Positions 56,492-64,000 of a DNA stretch of 64,000 bases are shown here, one piece after another. The stretch is from contig JBMFIG010000003.1 of NCBI GenBank assembly GCA_049976425.1, positions 1-64,000 on the forward strand, read 5' to 3'. The notes beneath the pieces are model-generated. The model was not told where the DNA came from and did not search any database. It saw only the letters and a list, made by a program, of their open reading frames with translations. The DNA comes from Thermoproteus sp. (lineage in GTDB: Archaea > Thermoproteota > Thermoprotei > Thermoproteales > Thermoproteaceae). Position numbers and translations under genes: made by a program. Position 1 is the stretch's first letter; every line of letters starts with the position of its first letter.

Positions 56492-57385
56492 GTGTGTATT
56501 GATGCGGTGAGGGCCTATTCGCCCGAGTCCGAGAAGGCCGCCAGGAGGCTGGGGATAAGGCTCAGCGACGACGCAGACTTCGTCTTGGTCTACGGCGCCG
56601 ACCGCGAGATATTGGAGGCGTTGAGGGGCAGGGACGAGGTGGTTGTGGGCATATCGCCGAGGGGCGTAGACGCCGAGCTGGCCTTCGCCTCGGAGGATCT
56701 CTACCCCTTGGTGGCCTCCCGGGCCGAATGCACCGTGGTCAAGATCCCCAGACTACACGCCGAGTCCGGCGGGTCTTTAGTGAGGGCGGTCAACGAGGTG
56801 GCTATATTCCCCAGGAGATCGGCTGCCTTGACCTCCTACAGAGTCAGCGTGGACGGCCGGATCCTCTTCAGCGACGTCGCCGACGGGGTGTTGGTGTCGA
56901 CGCCGCTCGGCTCCTCCGCCTACGCCAGATCGGCTGGGGGCTCCGTGATAGATCTGGAGGCGGAGGTCCTGGAGATAGTGTCGGTGAACTCGACCGCCAG
57001 GAGGCCGCCCTACATAGTCCCCCTGGGCAAGAGGATAGAGATATCCGACGTGAGGTCCAGATTCCTGCCCGAGCTGATCGCCGACGGCCGCGTGAGGATC
57101 CCGCTCGCCGACGGGAGGGCCGTCGTGTGGGCGGGCTCCACGGCTAGGTTGTTGAGGCCCGTCGTGGCCAGGAGGGAGGCCGAGCCGGCCGGGAGGCTCT
57201 CGCCCTCCATGAGGTACGTCCTCAAGACCCTCGAGGAGAGGGGCCCCCTCACGTCTAGGTCAATAGCCGAGTTCACCGGTCTGCCCCTAAGGACCGTCGA
57301 ATACGCCCTAAACGCGTTGAGGAAGGCCGGCCTGGTCGAGGCGAAGATAGTCGGCGGCTTGAGGGTCTACTCGGTCAAGCCCTAG
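56492..57385 (+). CDS. NAD kinase-like protein fused to a C-terminal winged HTH
   Basis: AVNEV and DGVLVSTPLGSSAYARSAGG present, GGDG replaced by GADR. C-terminus LSPS.RYVL..L...GPLT...IA..TGLP.RTV.YAL..L...GLV. Confidence 0.85.
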   Translation: MCIDAVRAYSPESEKAARRLGIRLSDDADFVLVYGADREILEALRGRDEVVVGISPRGVDAELAFASEDLYPLVASRAECTVVKIPRLHAESGGSLVRAVNEVAIFPRRSAALTSYRVSVDGRILFSDVADGVLVSTPLGSSAYARSAGGSVIDLEAEVLEIVSVNSTARRPPYIVPLGKRIEISDVRSRFLPELIADGRVRIPLADGRAVVWAGSTARLLRPVVARREAEPAGRLSPSMRYVLKTLEERGPLTSRSIAEFTGLPLRTVEYALNALRKAGLVEAKIVGGLRVYSVKP

Positions 57386-58262
57386 AGTAGTACCCGCACA
57401 TGGGGCAGTAGCCGTCCCTCAGCCTGTACCCGCACACGGGACACGGCGACTCCCTATCCCTCTCGTAGGTCAAGCCCCTCTCCCTAAACGCCTTGTAGAG
57501 GTACTTCGCCGCCCCCTGGACGGGTATATCGGCGGAGTAGCCCTCTGCCCTGCGCGCCAGGACGTCGTAGAGGGCCGAGAAGCCGCTGCCGACCTCTATG
57601 GGGTCCTTCCGCCTCCACACCACCGAGTCGGGCAGAAGGCCTTGGAACTGCCTCCTCACGACGTATTTCCCCACGCCGCCCTTCACCTTCTCCTCGGCGG
57701 GTACGGATAGGGCGTACCGAACCACCTCGGGGTCCAGATAGGGGGCGGCGACCTCGACGCCGAGCGCCTTCCCCACGTCGAAGGCGCAGAAGTACCACCT
57801 GCCCTCGGCCAGCCTGCGGATATACTCGTCGAGCTCCCTCGGCCCCATCCTCTGCATGTATTCGTACCCAGCGAAGAGCTCGTCGCCCCCGTCGCCGGTG
57901 CATATCCTCCTCACGCCCATCTCGGCGGCGGCCCTCATGCTGACGTACGCGGCGGCGCAGTTGACGACCTCCATGGGGTTGAAGACCTTGAGGATGCCCA
58001 CCACCTCCTCCGCCGCCTTCACGGCCTCCTCCTCGCCCACCCAGCTGACGACTACCCTCAGCCGCAGAGCCCTCGCCACCTCCATGAGGTGCGGCCCGTC
58101 GGAACCCGGCGCCGGGGCGTACTGCGTGTTGAAACCCACCGGCTTTATGCCGGCCTTGGTCAAGGCCCAGGCCACCGTGGCCGAGTCGAGGCCGCCGGAC
58201 AGCAAGACGCCGTCGCAACGCGCCCGCGAAGCGGCCGCCGCCAGGAGCTCGGGGAGGCTCAT
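57375..58262 (-). CDS. Asparagine synthase-like PP-loop protein (no glutaminase domain) with a C-terminal Zn ribbon
   Basis: LLSGGLDS, TGDGGDELFAGY, PYLD, WRRK.P...GSG and CPVCG...CPMCG motifs. Confidence 0.85.
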   Translation of the reverse strand: MSLPELLAAAASRARCDGVLLSGGLDSATVAWALTKAGIKPVGFNTQYAPAPGSDGPHLMEVARALRLRVVVSWVGEEEAVKAAEEVVGILKVFNPMEVVNCAAAYVSMRAAAEMGVRRICTGDGGDELFAGYEYMQRMGPRELDEYIRRLAEGRWYFCAFDVGKALGVEVAAPYLDPEVVRYALSVPAEEKVKGGVGKYVVRRQFQGLLPDSVVWRRKDPIEVGSGFSALYDVLARRAEGYSADIPVQGAAKYLYKAFRERGLTYERDRESPCPVCGYRLRDGYCPMCGYYSRA

Positions 58263-58861
58263 AGGTGGGCTATATAGTAGTCGCCGTATCTCCTCACCTC
58301 GCGGCATCTGTAGGCTATGCCCTTGCCCCCCACCTTGACGACCAGAGTGTGGTACTCGCCGCGCTCCCCTATGGGGTCCACCCCCAACGCCCTCGTCTTG
58401 GCGAGGAACGCCTCGGCGTTGTCGCGGCTCACGAAATCGCAGACCAGGTCGGCGACGTTGGCGCCTATGACGAGGAAGTCCAGAGCCCCGGCCTCCCTCA
58501 ACAACAGCTCGCCGGGGTCAAGGCCCCAGAGCGGCTCCCTCAGCCTAGCCCCGGCCTCGCCGGCCAGCCGCTCCATGTAGCGCAGATGGTCCTCGACGGC
58601 TTGGTCCCCCGCCACGAGCTCCGAGACGCCGAGCTTCCTCAGAAAGGCGGCTTCCTGCTCGAACTCGCGGCCTTTGTCGACCCTGAGTATCGCCAGAGGG
58701 ATCCCCATCGCGGCGGCCAGCTCGACGACCTTGTGGAGGTTCAGCAGATGCGGCGACGGCCTGGGGAAATCGTAGATGAACGTGATGAATATATCGACCG
58801 GCCACTCCAGCAACGCGGCGTAGACGCTGTCCTTTCCCCCCGAGAACAGAGCGGCCTTCAC
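58259..58861 (-). CDS. Dph6/DUF71-like PP-loop ATP pyrophosphatase
   Basis: ALFSGGKDS, AGD...DH, EPLW and GE.GEYHTLV motifs. Confidence 0.82.
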   Translation of the reverse strand: MKAALFSGGKDSVYAALLEWPVDIFITFIYDFPRPSPHLLNLHKVVELAAAMGIPLAILRVDKGREFEQEAAFLRKLGVSELVAGDQAVEDHLRYMERLAGEAGARLREPLWGLDPGELLLREAGALDFLVIGANVADLVCDFVSRDNAEAFLAKTRALGVDPIGERGEYHTLVVKVGGKGIAYRCREVRRYGDYYIAHL

Positions 58862-58953
58862 GGGCCGTATAGGGCGGCTATTAAAATATTGGACGTTAAT
58901 CCCGCAACCCAGCGCCGGGCGAAACTATTTAAAGCGGCCCCTATTGAGGGGCC

Positions 58954-59508
58954 ATGTCGGCTTTAGCCCAGAAGAGCTGGAAGGAGCTGGTCTTGGTTAA
59001 GGACCACCCAATGAAGCGTATATACATAGAGAAGGTTGTGGTCAACATAGGCGTCGGCGAGGGGGGCGAGAGGCTCGAGAAGGCGAGGGCTCTCCTGGAG
59101 GAGTTGACGGGCCAGGCGCCGTCGGTCAGGAAGGCCAAGAAGAGCATAAAGGAGTGGAACGTGAGGCGGGGCGAGCCGATCGCGGTAGCCGTCACGTTGA
59201 GGAGGGACAAGGCCGTGAAGTTCCTTGCCAGGGCTCTGGAGGCCGTCAACAACAGGGTCAAGGCCTCGAGCTTCGACGACAGGGGCAACGTGTGCTTCGG
59301 CATCAAGGAACACATAATGCTTCCGGGCGTCAAGTACGACCCGGCGGTGGGCGTCTGGGGCATGGACGTCTGCGTCAGGCTGGCCAAGCCGGGGCTGAGG
59401 GTCCAGTTGAGGAGGCGGAGGAGGAGCGAGGTGGGCAAGGGCCAGATCGTGACGAAGCAGGAGGCGATAGAGTTCTTCCAGAAAGTCCTCGGCGTGCAGG
59501 TAGATTAA
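58954..59508 (+). CDS. rpl5: 50S ribosomal protein L5
   Basis: HPM...IEKVVVNIGVGE.G.RL.KA, VTLR, FGIKEHI and YDP.VG.WGMD motifs. Confidence 0.96.
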   Translation: MSALAQKSWKELVLVKDHPMKRIYIEKVVVNIGVGEGGERLEKARALLEELTGQAPSVRKAKKSIKEWNVRRGEPIAVAVTLRRDKAVKFLARALEAVNNRVKASSFDDRGNVCFGIKEHIMLPGVKYDPAVGVWGMDVCVRLAKPGLRVQLRRRRRSEVGKGQIVTKQEAIEFFQKVLGVQVD

Positions 59509-59527
59509 TAAGGTAGTCAATTCTCTA

Positions 59528-60103
59528 GTGGTTAAGGTAGTCAAGAGGTCGGGGAAGGAGGAGGAATACCTCGACGAGAAGGTCTACAAGGCCCTCCTCG
59601 ACGCGGGCGCCAGCGACGAGGTCGCCCGCGAGATAGTGAAGGAGCTCGACGAGTGGCTGAAGAGCGGCAGGCGGGGCAAGATCTCGACCGACGAGATTAG
59701 GAGGTTCGTATTGACGAGGCTGAGGCGTCTGGAGCCGGAGGTCGCCGACGCCTGGCAGTTCTACGACAGGGTGTTCAAGGGCAGGATAACCTTCGAGGAC
59801 GGGAAGGCCGTCGTCGTGGAGAAGGGCCGCCTCTACCTCGGCCGGAAGGTCAAGGACGTAAGCTCCAAGGGGCTTTCCACCGCCGAGGAGGTCAAGGAGA
59901 TACTGGACGAGCTGAGGGAGGATATGGAGTACGGCCTATCGCCCAAGGTCGTCAACGCCAGGCTATACGCGCTTTTCATGGGCGTCTTGAAGAAGAAGGA
60001 TATGCCTCCGGAGGAGAAGAGGAAGGCCGTCGAGCTCATAAACAAGTTCAGGGAGGAGCTCGGGTGGAGGCCCTACGAGCTGAAGAGAGATCTAGACGCC
60101 TAA
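59528..60103 (+). CDS. ATP-cone domain protein
   Basis: N-terminal VVKRSG..E.Y...KV..AL..AG...ISTDEIR..V...L, followed by an unknown C-terminal domain. Confidence 0.8.
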   Translation: MVKVVKRSGKEEEYLDEKVYKALLDAGASDEVAREIVKELDEWLKSGRRGKISTDEIRRFVLTRLRRLEPEVADAWQFYDRVFKGRITFEDGKAVVVEKGRLYLGRKVKDVSSKGLSTAEEVKEILDELREDMEYGLSPKVVNARLYALFMGVLKKKDMPPEEKRKAVELINKFREELGWRPYELKRDLDA

Positions 60104-60796
60104 GTAGGCCTTTTTCACGTGATCGGATTCGAGAAGATCGGCGGCTGGACCTGACAAGACTATTTTTCCGTTCTCTAGCACATATCCCGTATCGGCTACG
60201 GCCAGCGCCGCGGATACGTTCTGTTCGACCAACAGTATAGTGACGCGCTCCTTTATCTGTTTGAAGGTCTCCAAGAGCTCCGACACTACCTTGGGCGCCA
60301 GACCCGCCGAAGGCTCGTCGACGAGGAGCAAGCTGGGCCTGGACATCAGCGCTCTGGCGATAGCCAGCATCTGTTGCTCGCCTCCGCTGAGAGTTCCCGC
60401 CTTTTGTTTTCTCCGCTCTTTCAGCCTCGGGAAGAGCGTGTAGACGTAGTCCAGCGAATCGTGCAAGTGTTGTCGAGCTCTCTTGATATAGGCGCCCATG
60501 ATGAGGTTTTCCTCGACCGTCATGTTGGGGAAGAGCCTCCTCCCCTCGGGGACGAGGACCACCCCGAGCTCGACCTTCTTATGGGGCGGCATAAAGGTCA
60601 CATCGTTGCCGTTGAACGTGACGCGTCCCCTCCACGGCTTGACTATACCCATTATCGAGAGGAGAGTGGTAGTCTTCCCGGCGCCGTTAGGCCCTATAAG
60701 CGCGGTTATGCTCTTGTCGCTAGCCTCGAGTGATATACCGAACAGCACCTGCACCTTCCCGTATCCAGAGCTCAGCTCCTCGATCCTCAACGCCAT
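60092..60796 (-). CDS. livF: Branched-chain amino acid ABC transporter ATPase
   Basis: GPNGAGKTT, VPEGRRLF, LSGGEQQM and DEPS.GLAP motifs. Confidence 0.92.
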   Translation of the reverse strand: MALRIEELSSGYGKVQVLFGISLEASDKSITALIGPNGAGKTTTLLSIMGIVKPWRGRVTFNGNDVTFMPPHKKVELGVVLVPEGRRLFPNMTVEENLIMGAYIKRARQHLHDSLDYVYTLFPRLKERRKQKAGTLSGGEQQMLAIARALMSRPSLLLVDEPSAGLAPKVVSELLETFKQIKERVTILLVEQNVSAALAVADTGYVLENGKIVLSGPAADLLESDHVKKAYLGV

Positions 60797-61515
60797 GGCT
60801 TCCCCAGATATATCTCCACCACTACCGGGTTGTTGAGGGCGATATTGGGCGGTCCTTCCGCTATCACTCTGCCTTGATGCATCACGACAACTCTATGGGC
60901 CAGTTGCACCACGGCCTTCATTCTGTGCTCCACAAGGGATAGGGCCGAGATGCCCTTCTCCTCGACTATCTTCCTAATCAGCTTGGTCATATCGTCGATC
61001 TCGCCGGGGTTGAGGCCGGCCATGACCTCGTCCAACATCAAGAGCTTGGGCCTCCCCGCCAAGGCTCTGGCAAGCTCTAGAAGCCGCAATTCGTTGAAGG
61101 TGAGCTTGCTAGCCAGCTCGTTGGCCCTTCTGCCGAGCCCGACATAGTCGACGACCTCTCTGGCGACCTCTCTCGCCTTATGGAGATCGTAGCCGCCGTT
61201 GAAGACGGCGCCCACAATAACGTTCTCCAACACTGTGAGCTCCGGAAACGGTCTGGGGACTTGGAAAGCCCTCGACATGCCTAGCTTGGCCCGGGCATAC
61301 GCCGGCAGATTGGTTATGTCGCGGCCCTCGAATAGAACTCTTCCTCCGTCCGGTTTATAGACGCCGTTGATGACGTTCAGGAGCGTGGTTTTGCCGGAGC
61401 CGTTGGGGCCCACAATAGCCACGAACTCTCCCCGATCCACTTCGAAACTCACTCCGTTTAACGCAACGAGGCCCCCAAACTTCTTGGTCACGTTCTCTAC
61501 CACGAGTAGCTTCAT
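60787..61515 (-). CDS. livG: Branched-chain amino acid ABC transporter ATPase
   Basis: FGGLVAL, GPNGSGKTT, R.FQ and LDE..AGLN motifs. Confidence 0.92.
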   Translation of the reverse strand: MKLLVVENVTKKFGGLVALNGVSFEVDRGEFVAIVGPNGSGKTTLLNVINGVYKPDGGRVLFEGRDITNLPAYARAKLGMSRAFQVPRPFPELTVLENVIVGAVFNGGYDLHKAREVAREVVDYVGLGRRANELASKLTFNELRLLELARALAGRPKLLMLDEVMAGLNPGEIDDMTKLIRKIVEEKGISALSLVEHRMKAVVQLAHRVVVMHQGRVIAEGPPNIALNNPVVVEIYLGKPWR

Positions 61516-62477
61516 GGCACCCAGTCCCTAAGCTTAGGGGGCAAACGCGTCCTCAGCTCACCTATTATTCCCCTAGGCGCGAACAACACCAACAGCAACA
61601 CCAATAACGGGGTCACCAACGACTGGTAGTTTGGGAAGAACTGCCCGATGAAAAGCCTCAGAGGGACGTAGAGGAGTCCCCCTGCGATTGCGCCGGTGAC
61701 GGTGCCCGCGCCGCCGAGGAACATGACGGCCAAGCCGTCTAGAATGTAGTCTATCTTAAACGCGGTGTCGGGGAACACCTGTGTAGCCGCCAGCGGAAAA
61801 ACGGCGGATCCTAATAGAGCCGAGAATATAGAGCTGAGCGTAAACGCGAGGAGTTTGTACTTTGTCGGGTTTATGCCCATGACCTTCGCCGCGTCTTCGT
61901 CCTGCCTAATTGCGGCGAGCGCGTATCCCGCCTCTTTGCTTTGGAGCAGATAGGTGGCTACCACGGCCAGGAAGCCGGTGGCGAGTATCAATACAGTGGA
62001 GCCCACCGTCGAGAGGAACAGTGCCGTGTCGCGGCCATATTCTTGGAACATATTGTAGCCGAGGACCAAGCCAGAGCTACCGCCCCATATCCCTGCCCCT
62101 ATTATTAGGTCCTTCAACGCCTCGTTTATTCCTATAGTCGCTATGGCGAAATAGGCGCTTCTTAACCTCAGAGCGACTGCTCCTATGGCCAGCGCCAGCC
62201 CTCCCGCGAGCGCCATCCCTAGGAGTAGCCCCACCGGCAGAGTCCACACGCCGAGCTGGGGCATATAGGCTATAGCTACCCCTAGCCCGTACGCCCCCAT
62301 AGCCAGGAAGGCGGCGTAGCCAAAGTTGACGTAGCCCGTAAGCCCGACGAAGATGTTGACCGCCTGGCCCAGCGCCATGTAGAAGGCTATGGTCGCTATC
62401 GTCTGCGACATGTCGGGCTTTATGAAGGGCAAGACGAGCAAGGAAGAATATACCGCCAGCGGCAGATAGGGCTTCAT
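61512..62477 (-). CDS. livM: Branched-chain amino acid ABC transporter permease
   Basis: G.TGY.NFG..AF, LRSAYFAIAT, AIRQDE.AA..MGI and GG.GT..G motifs. Confidence 0.9.
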   Translation of the reverse strand: MKPYLPLAVYSSLLVLPFIKPDMSQTIATIAFYMALGQAVNIFVGLTGYVNFGYAAFLAMGAYGLGVAIAYMPQLGVWTLPVGLLLGMALAGGLALAIGAVALRLRSAYFAIATIGINEALKDLIIGAGIWGGSSGLVLGYNMFQEYGRDTALFLSTVGSTVLILATGFLAVVATYLLQSKEAGYALAAIRQDEDAAKVMGINPTKYKLLAFTLSSIFSALLGSAVFPLAATQVFPDTAFKIDYILDGLAVMFLGGAGTVTGAIAGGLLYVPLRLFIGQFFPNYQSLVTPLLVLLLVLFAPRGIIGELRTRLPPKLRDWVP

Positions 62478-63352
62478 GATCTGAAAAGACCTGTAGGTCT
62501 GAACAATAGGAACAGTATCAATACGACGAATCCTATAAACAGAGACATCTGGTACGGTCCGGCAAAACCTAATCTGCTGAAAAGCGGGTAGCCCAACGAC
62601 AGTATCTCGCCGAATATGAGGCCGGCCACGTAGGCGCCCATCGTAGACTCTAGGCCGCCCATGACGGCTATCACGAACGCCATTAGGGTATAGGGATCGC
62701 CCATGTAGGGATTTATGCCGACAGGTATGAACAGCGTCAATAACACCCCGCCGGCCGTCGTCAAGCCTATGCCGATAGCCGTGCTCAAGGCAAACACCCT
62801 ATCTACGTCTATGCCCACCATCTGCGCCCCTACCGGATCCTGCACGACAGCCCTTATAGATCTGCCGAAGTTTGTCCTATAGAGCATCAGCTGGAGGAGA
62901 AGCGCTATAGACAGCGCGGCCGCCGCACCGGCGAGCTGGGAGAACTGTATGACGTAGCCCGAGACGGCCACCGACCCCACGTTCCAGGTGAAGCCTACTA
63001 CGTTAGGTCCCCACACTATGCGCGCGATCTCTGCTATGAGGGAGCCCAACGCGAAGAGCGCCACCAAGACGTGTAGCTCGCCGATTTTGCTGAGGGGCTT
63101 TATTATGGCATAGTACAGCGCAAGGCCCATCAACATGCCGAAGAAGAGACCTGCGAATATCGACAGCAGAGGGGGATAGGCCCACAGCACGAAGAAGAAG
63201 TAGGCCGTGTAGGCCCCCAACATGACGAAGGAGCCGTGCGCCACGTTTATTGTTCTCAATATGCCGAATATGAAGCTGAGCCCTATGGTTATTAATCCGT
63301 AGATCGATCCGACTATTAAGCCGTTCAAAAAATAGGGGATTAGGTCGATCAT
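62474..63352 (-). CDS. livH: Branched-chain amino acid ABC transporter permease
   Basis: GSIYGL..IGLS.IFG....N.AHG, GRSIRA..QD..GA...GI and RP.GLF motifs. Confidence 0.9.
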   Translation of the reverse strand: MIDLIPYFLNGLIVGSIYGLITIGLSFIFGILRTINVAHGSFVMLGAYTAYFFFVLWAYPPLLSIFAGLFFGMLMGLALYYAIIKPLSKIGELHVLVALFALGSLIAEIARIVWGPNVVGFTWNVGSVAVSGYVIQFSQLAGAAAALSIALLLQLMLYRTNFGRSIRAVVQDPVGAQMVGIDVDRVFALSTAIGIGLTTAGGVLLTLFIPVGINPYMGDPYTLMAFVIAVMGGLESTMGAYVAGLIFGEILSLGYPLFSRLGFAGPYQMSLFIGFVVLILFLLFRPTGLFRS

Positions 63353-64000
63353 CAGGGTTTGCAGAGCTGGCCGGCGGCTTTTTGGCTCCAGGTCAGGGAT
63401 GGGTAAAACGGCTTGCTCTGCGCTGCCGACGAGGGCCATATGACCACTCTCTGGCCGCCTTGCCACTGCGTCACTACCATCAAGTGAGCTATATTGAGTC
63501 CGTTAGTGGCGTTCATCTTAAATTCGCCGAAGAAGGTCATAAAGTCGGAATTGGCGAGGGCTTGCCTCACTAGGTTAGGATCCACGCTACCTGCCTTCTG
63601 CACGCCGTAGAGGAGCACCAATACGCCCTCGGCGGCCCACCCCGCCTCGTAGCCGGGCTCAACTGTCTTGCCCGACATCTGCTTCGCCACCTGCTCGAAG
63701 TAGTTGATGAACTCGTCGCGAGTTGGGCCAAACCAATCGATGCCCTTCTGTTTAGCCAGTTCGGGGCTGTAATTTACGCCGGGCTCCCAGTGAGACGGGC
63801 CCACTATACATTCCGCCAAAGTCCCGAGGGCCTTGTAGTAGTCCGGCACCAGCGGAGCTACCGTCAGGGCGATCAGTTTAGCTGTCACGTTCTGTTGGTA
63901 AAGTGTCTGTGTAACTAGCTGTCCGTCCGCGTAGTGGGCGGCGACGAGTATTATGTCCGGATGGGCGTTCTTTACGTCCAGTACCTGAGAGCTCACGTCT
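63352..64000 (-). CDS. livK: Branched-chain amino acid ABC transporter substrate-binding protein (3' part, truncated by the window edge)
   Basis: Periplasmic-binding-protein type 1 C-terminus (AGS.DP..VR.AL, T.FG.FK, QWQ.G...IWP) and operon context. Confidence 0.85.
   Translation of the reverse strand, partial: DVSSQVLDVKNAHPDIILVAAHYADGQLVTQTLYQQNVTAKLIALTVAPLVPDYYKALGTLAECIVGPSHWEPGVNYSPELAKQKGIDWFGPTRDEFINYFEQVAKQMSGKTVEPGYEAGWAAEGVLVLLYGVQKAGSVDPNLVRQALANSDFMTFFGEFKMNATNGLNIAHLMVVTQWQGGQRVVIWPSSAAQSKPFYPSLTWSQKAAGQLCKP

Noticed and set aside
1-64000. CRISPR array, transposase, integrase/att duplication, rRNA, SRP or RNase P RNA
   Set aside because: No regularly spaced repeats, recombinase motifs or recognisable structural RNA signatures were seen. 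The similarity among tRNA 3' halves reflects separate tRNA genes, not att sites.

Overview
GC-rich archaeal chromosomal DNA. Gene content, intron-containing tRNAs, C/D box sRNAs, apparently leaderless TATA promoters and fragmented ribosomal protein operons point to a crenarchaeon of the Thermoproteaceae, most like Thermoproteus (inference). The window is mostly housekeeping. It holds four tRNA loci, two with non-canonical BHB introns, plus Sec61beta, nep1, csl4-DUF2067-rpoL, rpl3/4/23, rpl5, and a GH13/GH31 pair. It also has a DAHP-type shikimate cluster with split transketolase and an embedded TyrRS, a 2-oxoacid:ferredoxin oxidoreductase, acs/satP, tiaS, purP x2/purA/purB, pelota and a liv-type ABC transporter. 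Accessory content comprises three toxin-antitoxin modules, several small ORFs missed by the ORF track, a frameshifted MalG relic and candidate sRNAs. The best candidates for an undescribed system are (i) a large secreted protein with an internal hydrophobic hairpin coupled to a multi-TM partner (toxin/immunity-like, 48.8-51.6 kb), (ii) an NAD kinase-wHTH fusion facing two PP-loop ligases, and (iii) a SixA-like phosphohistidine phosphatase coupled to pelota. No CRISPR array, integrase or transposase was seen. All calls come from motif recognition by eye. No database searches were run.
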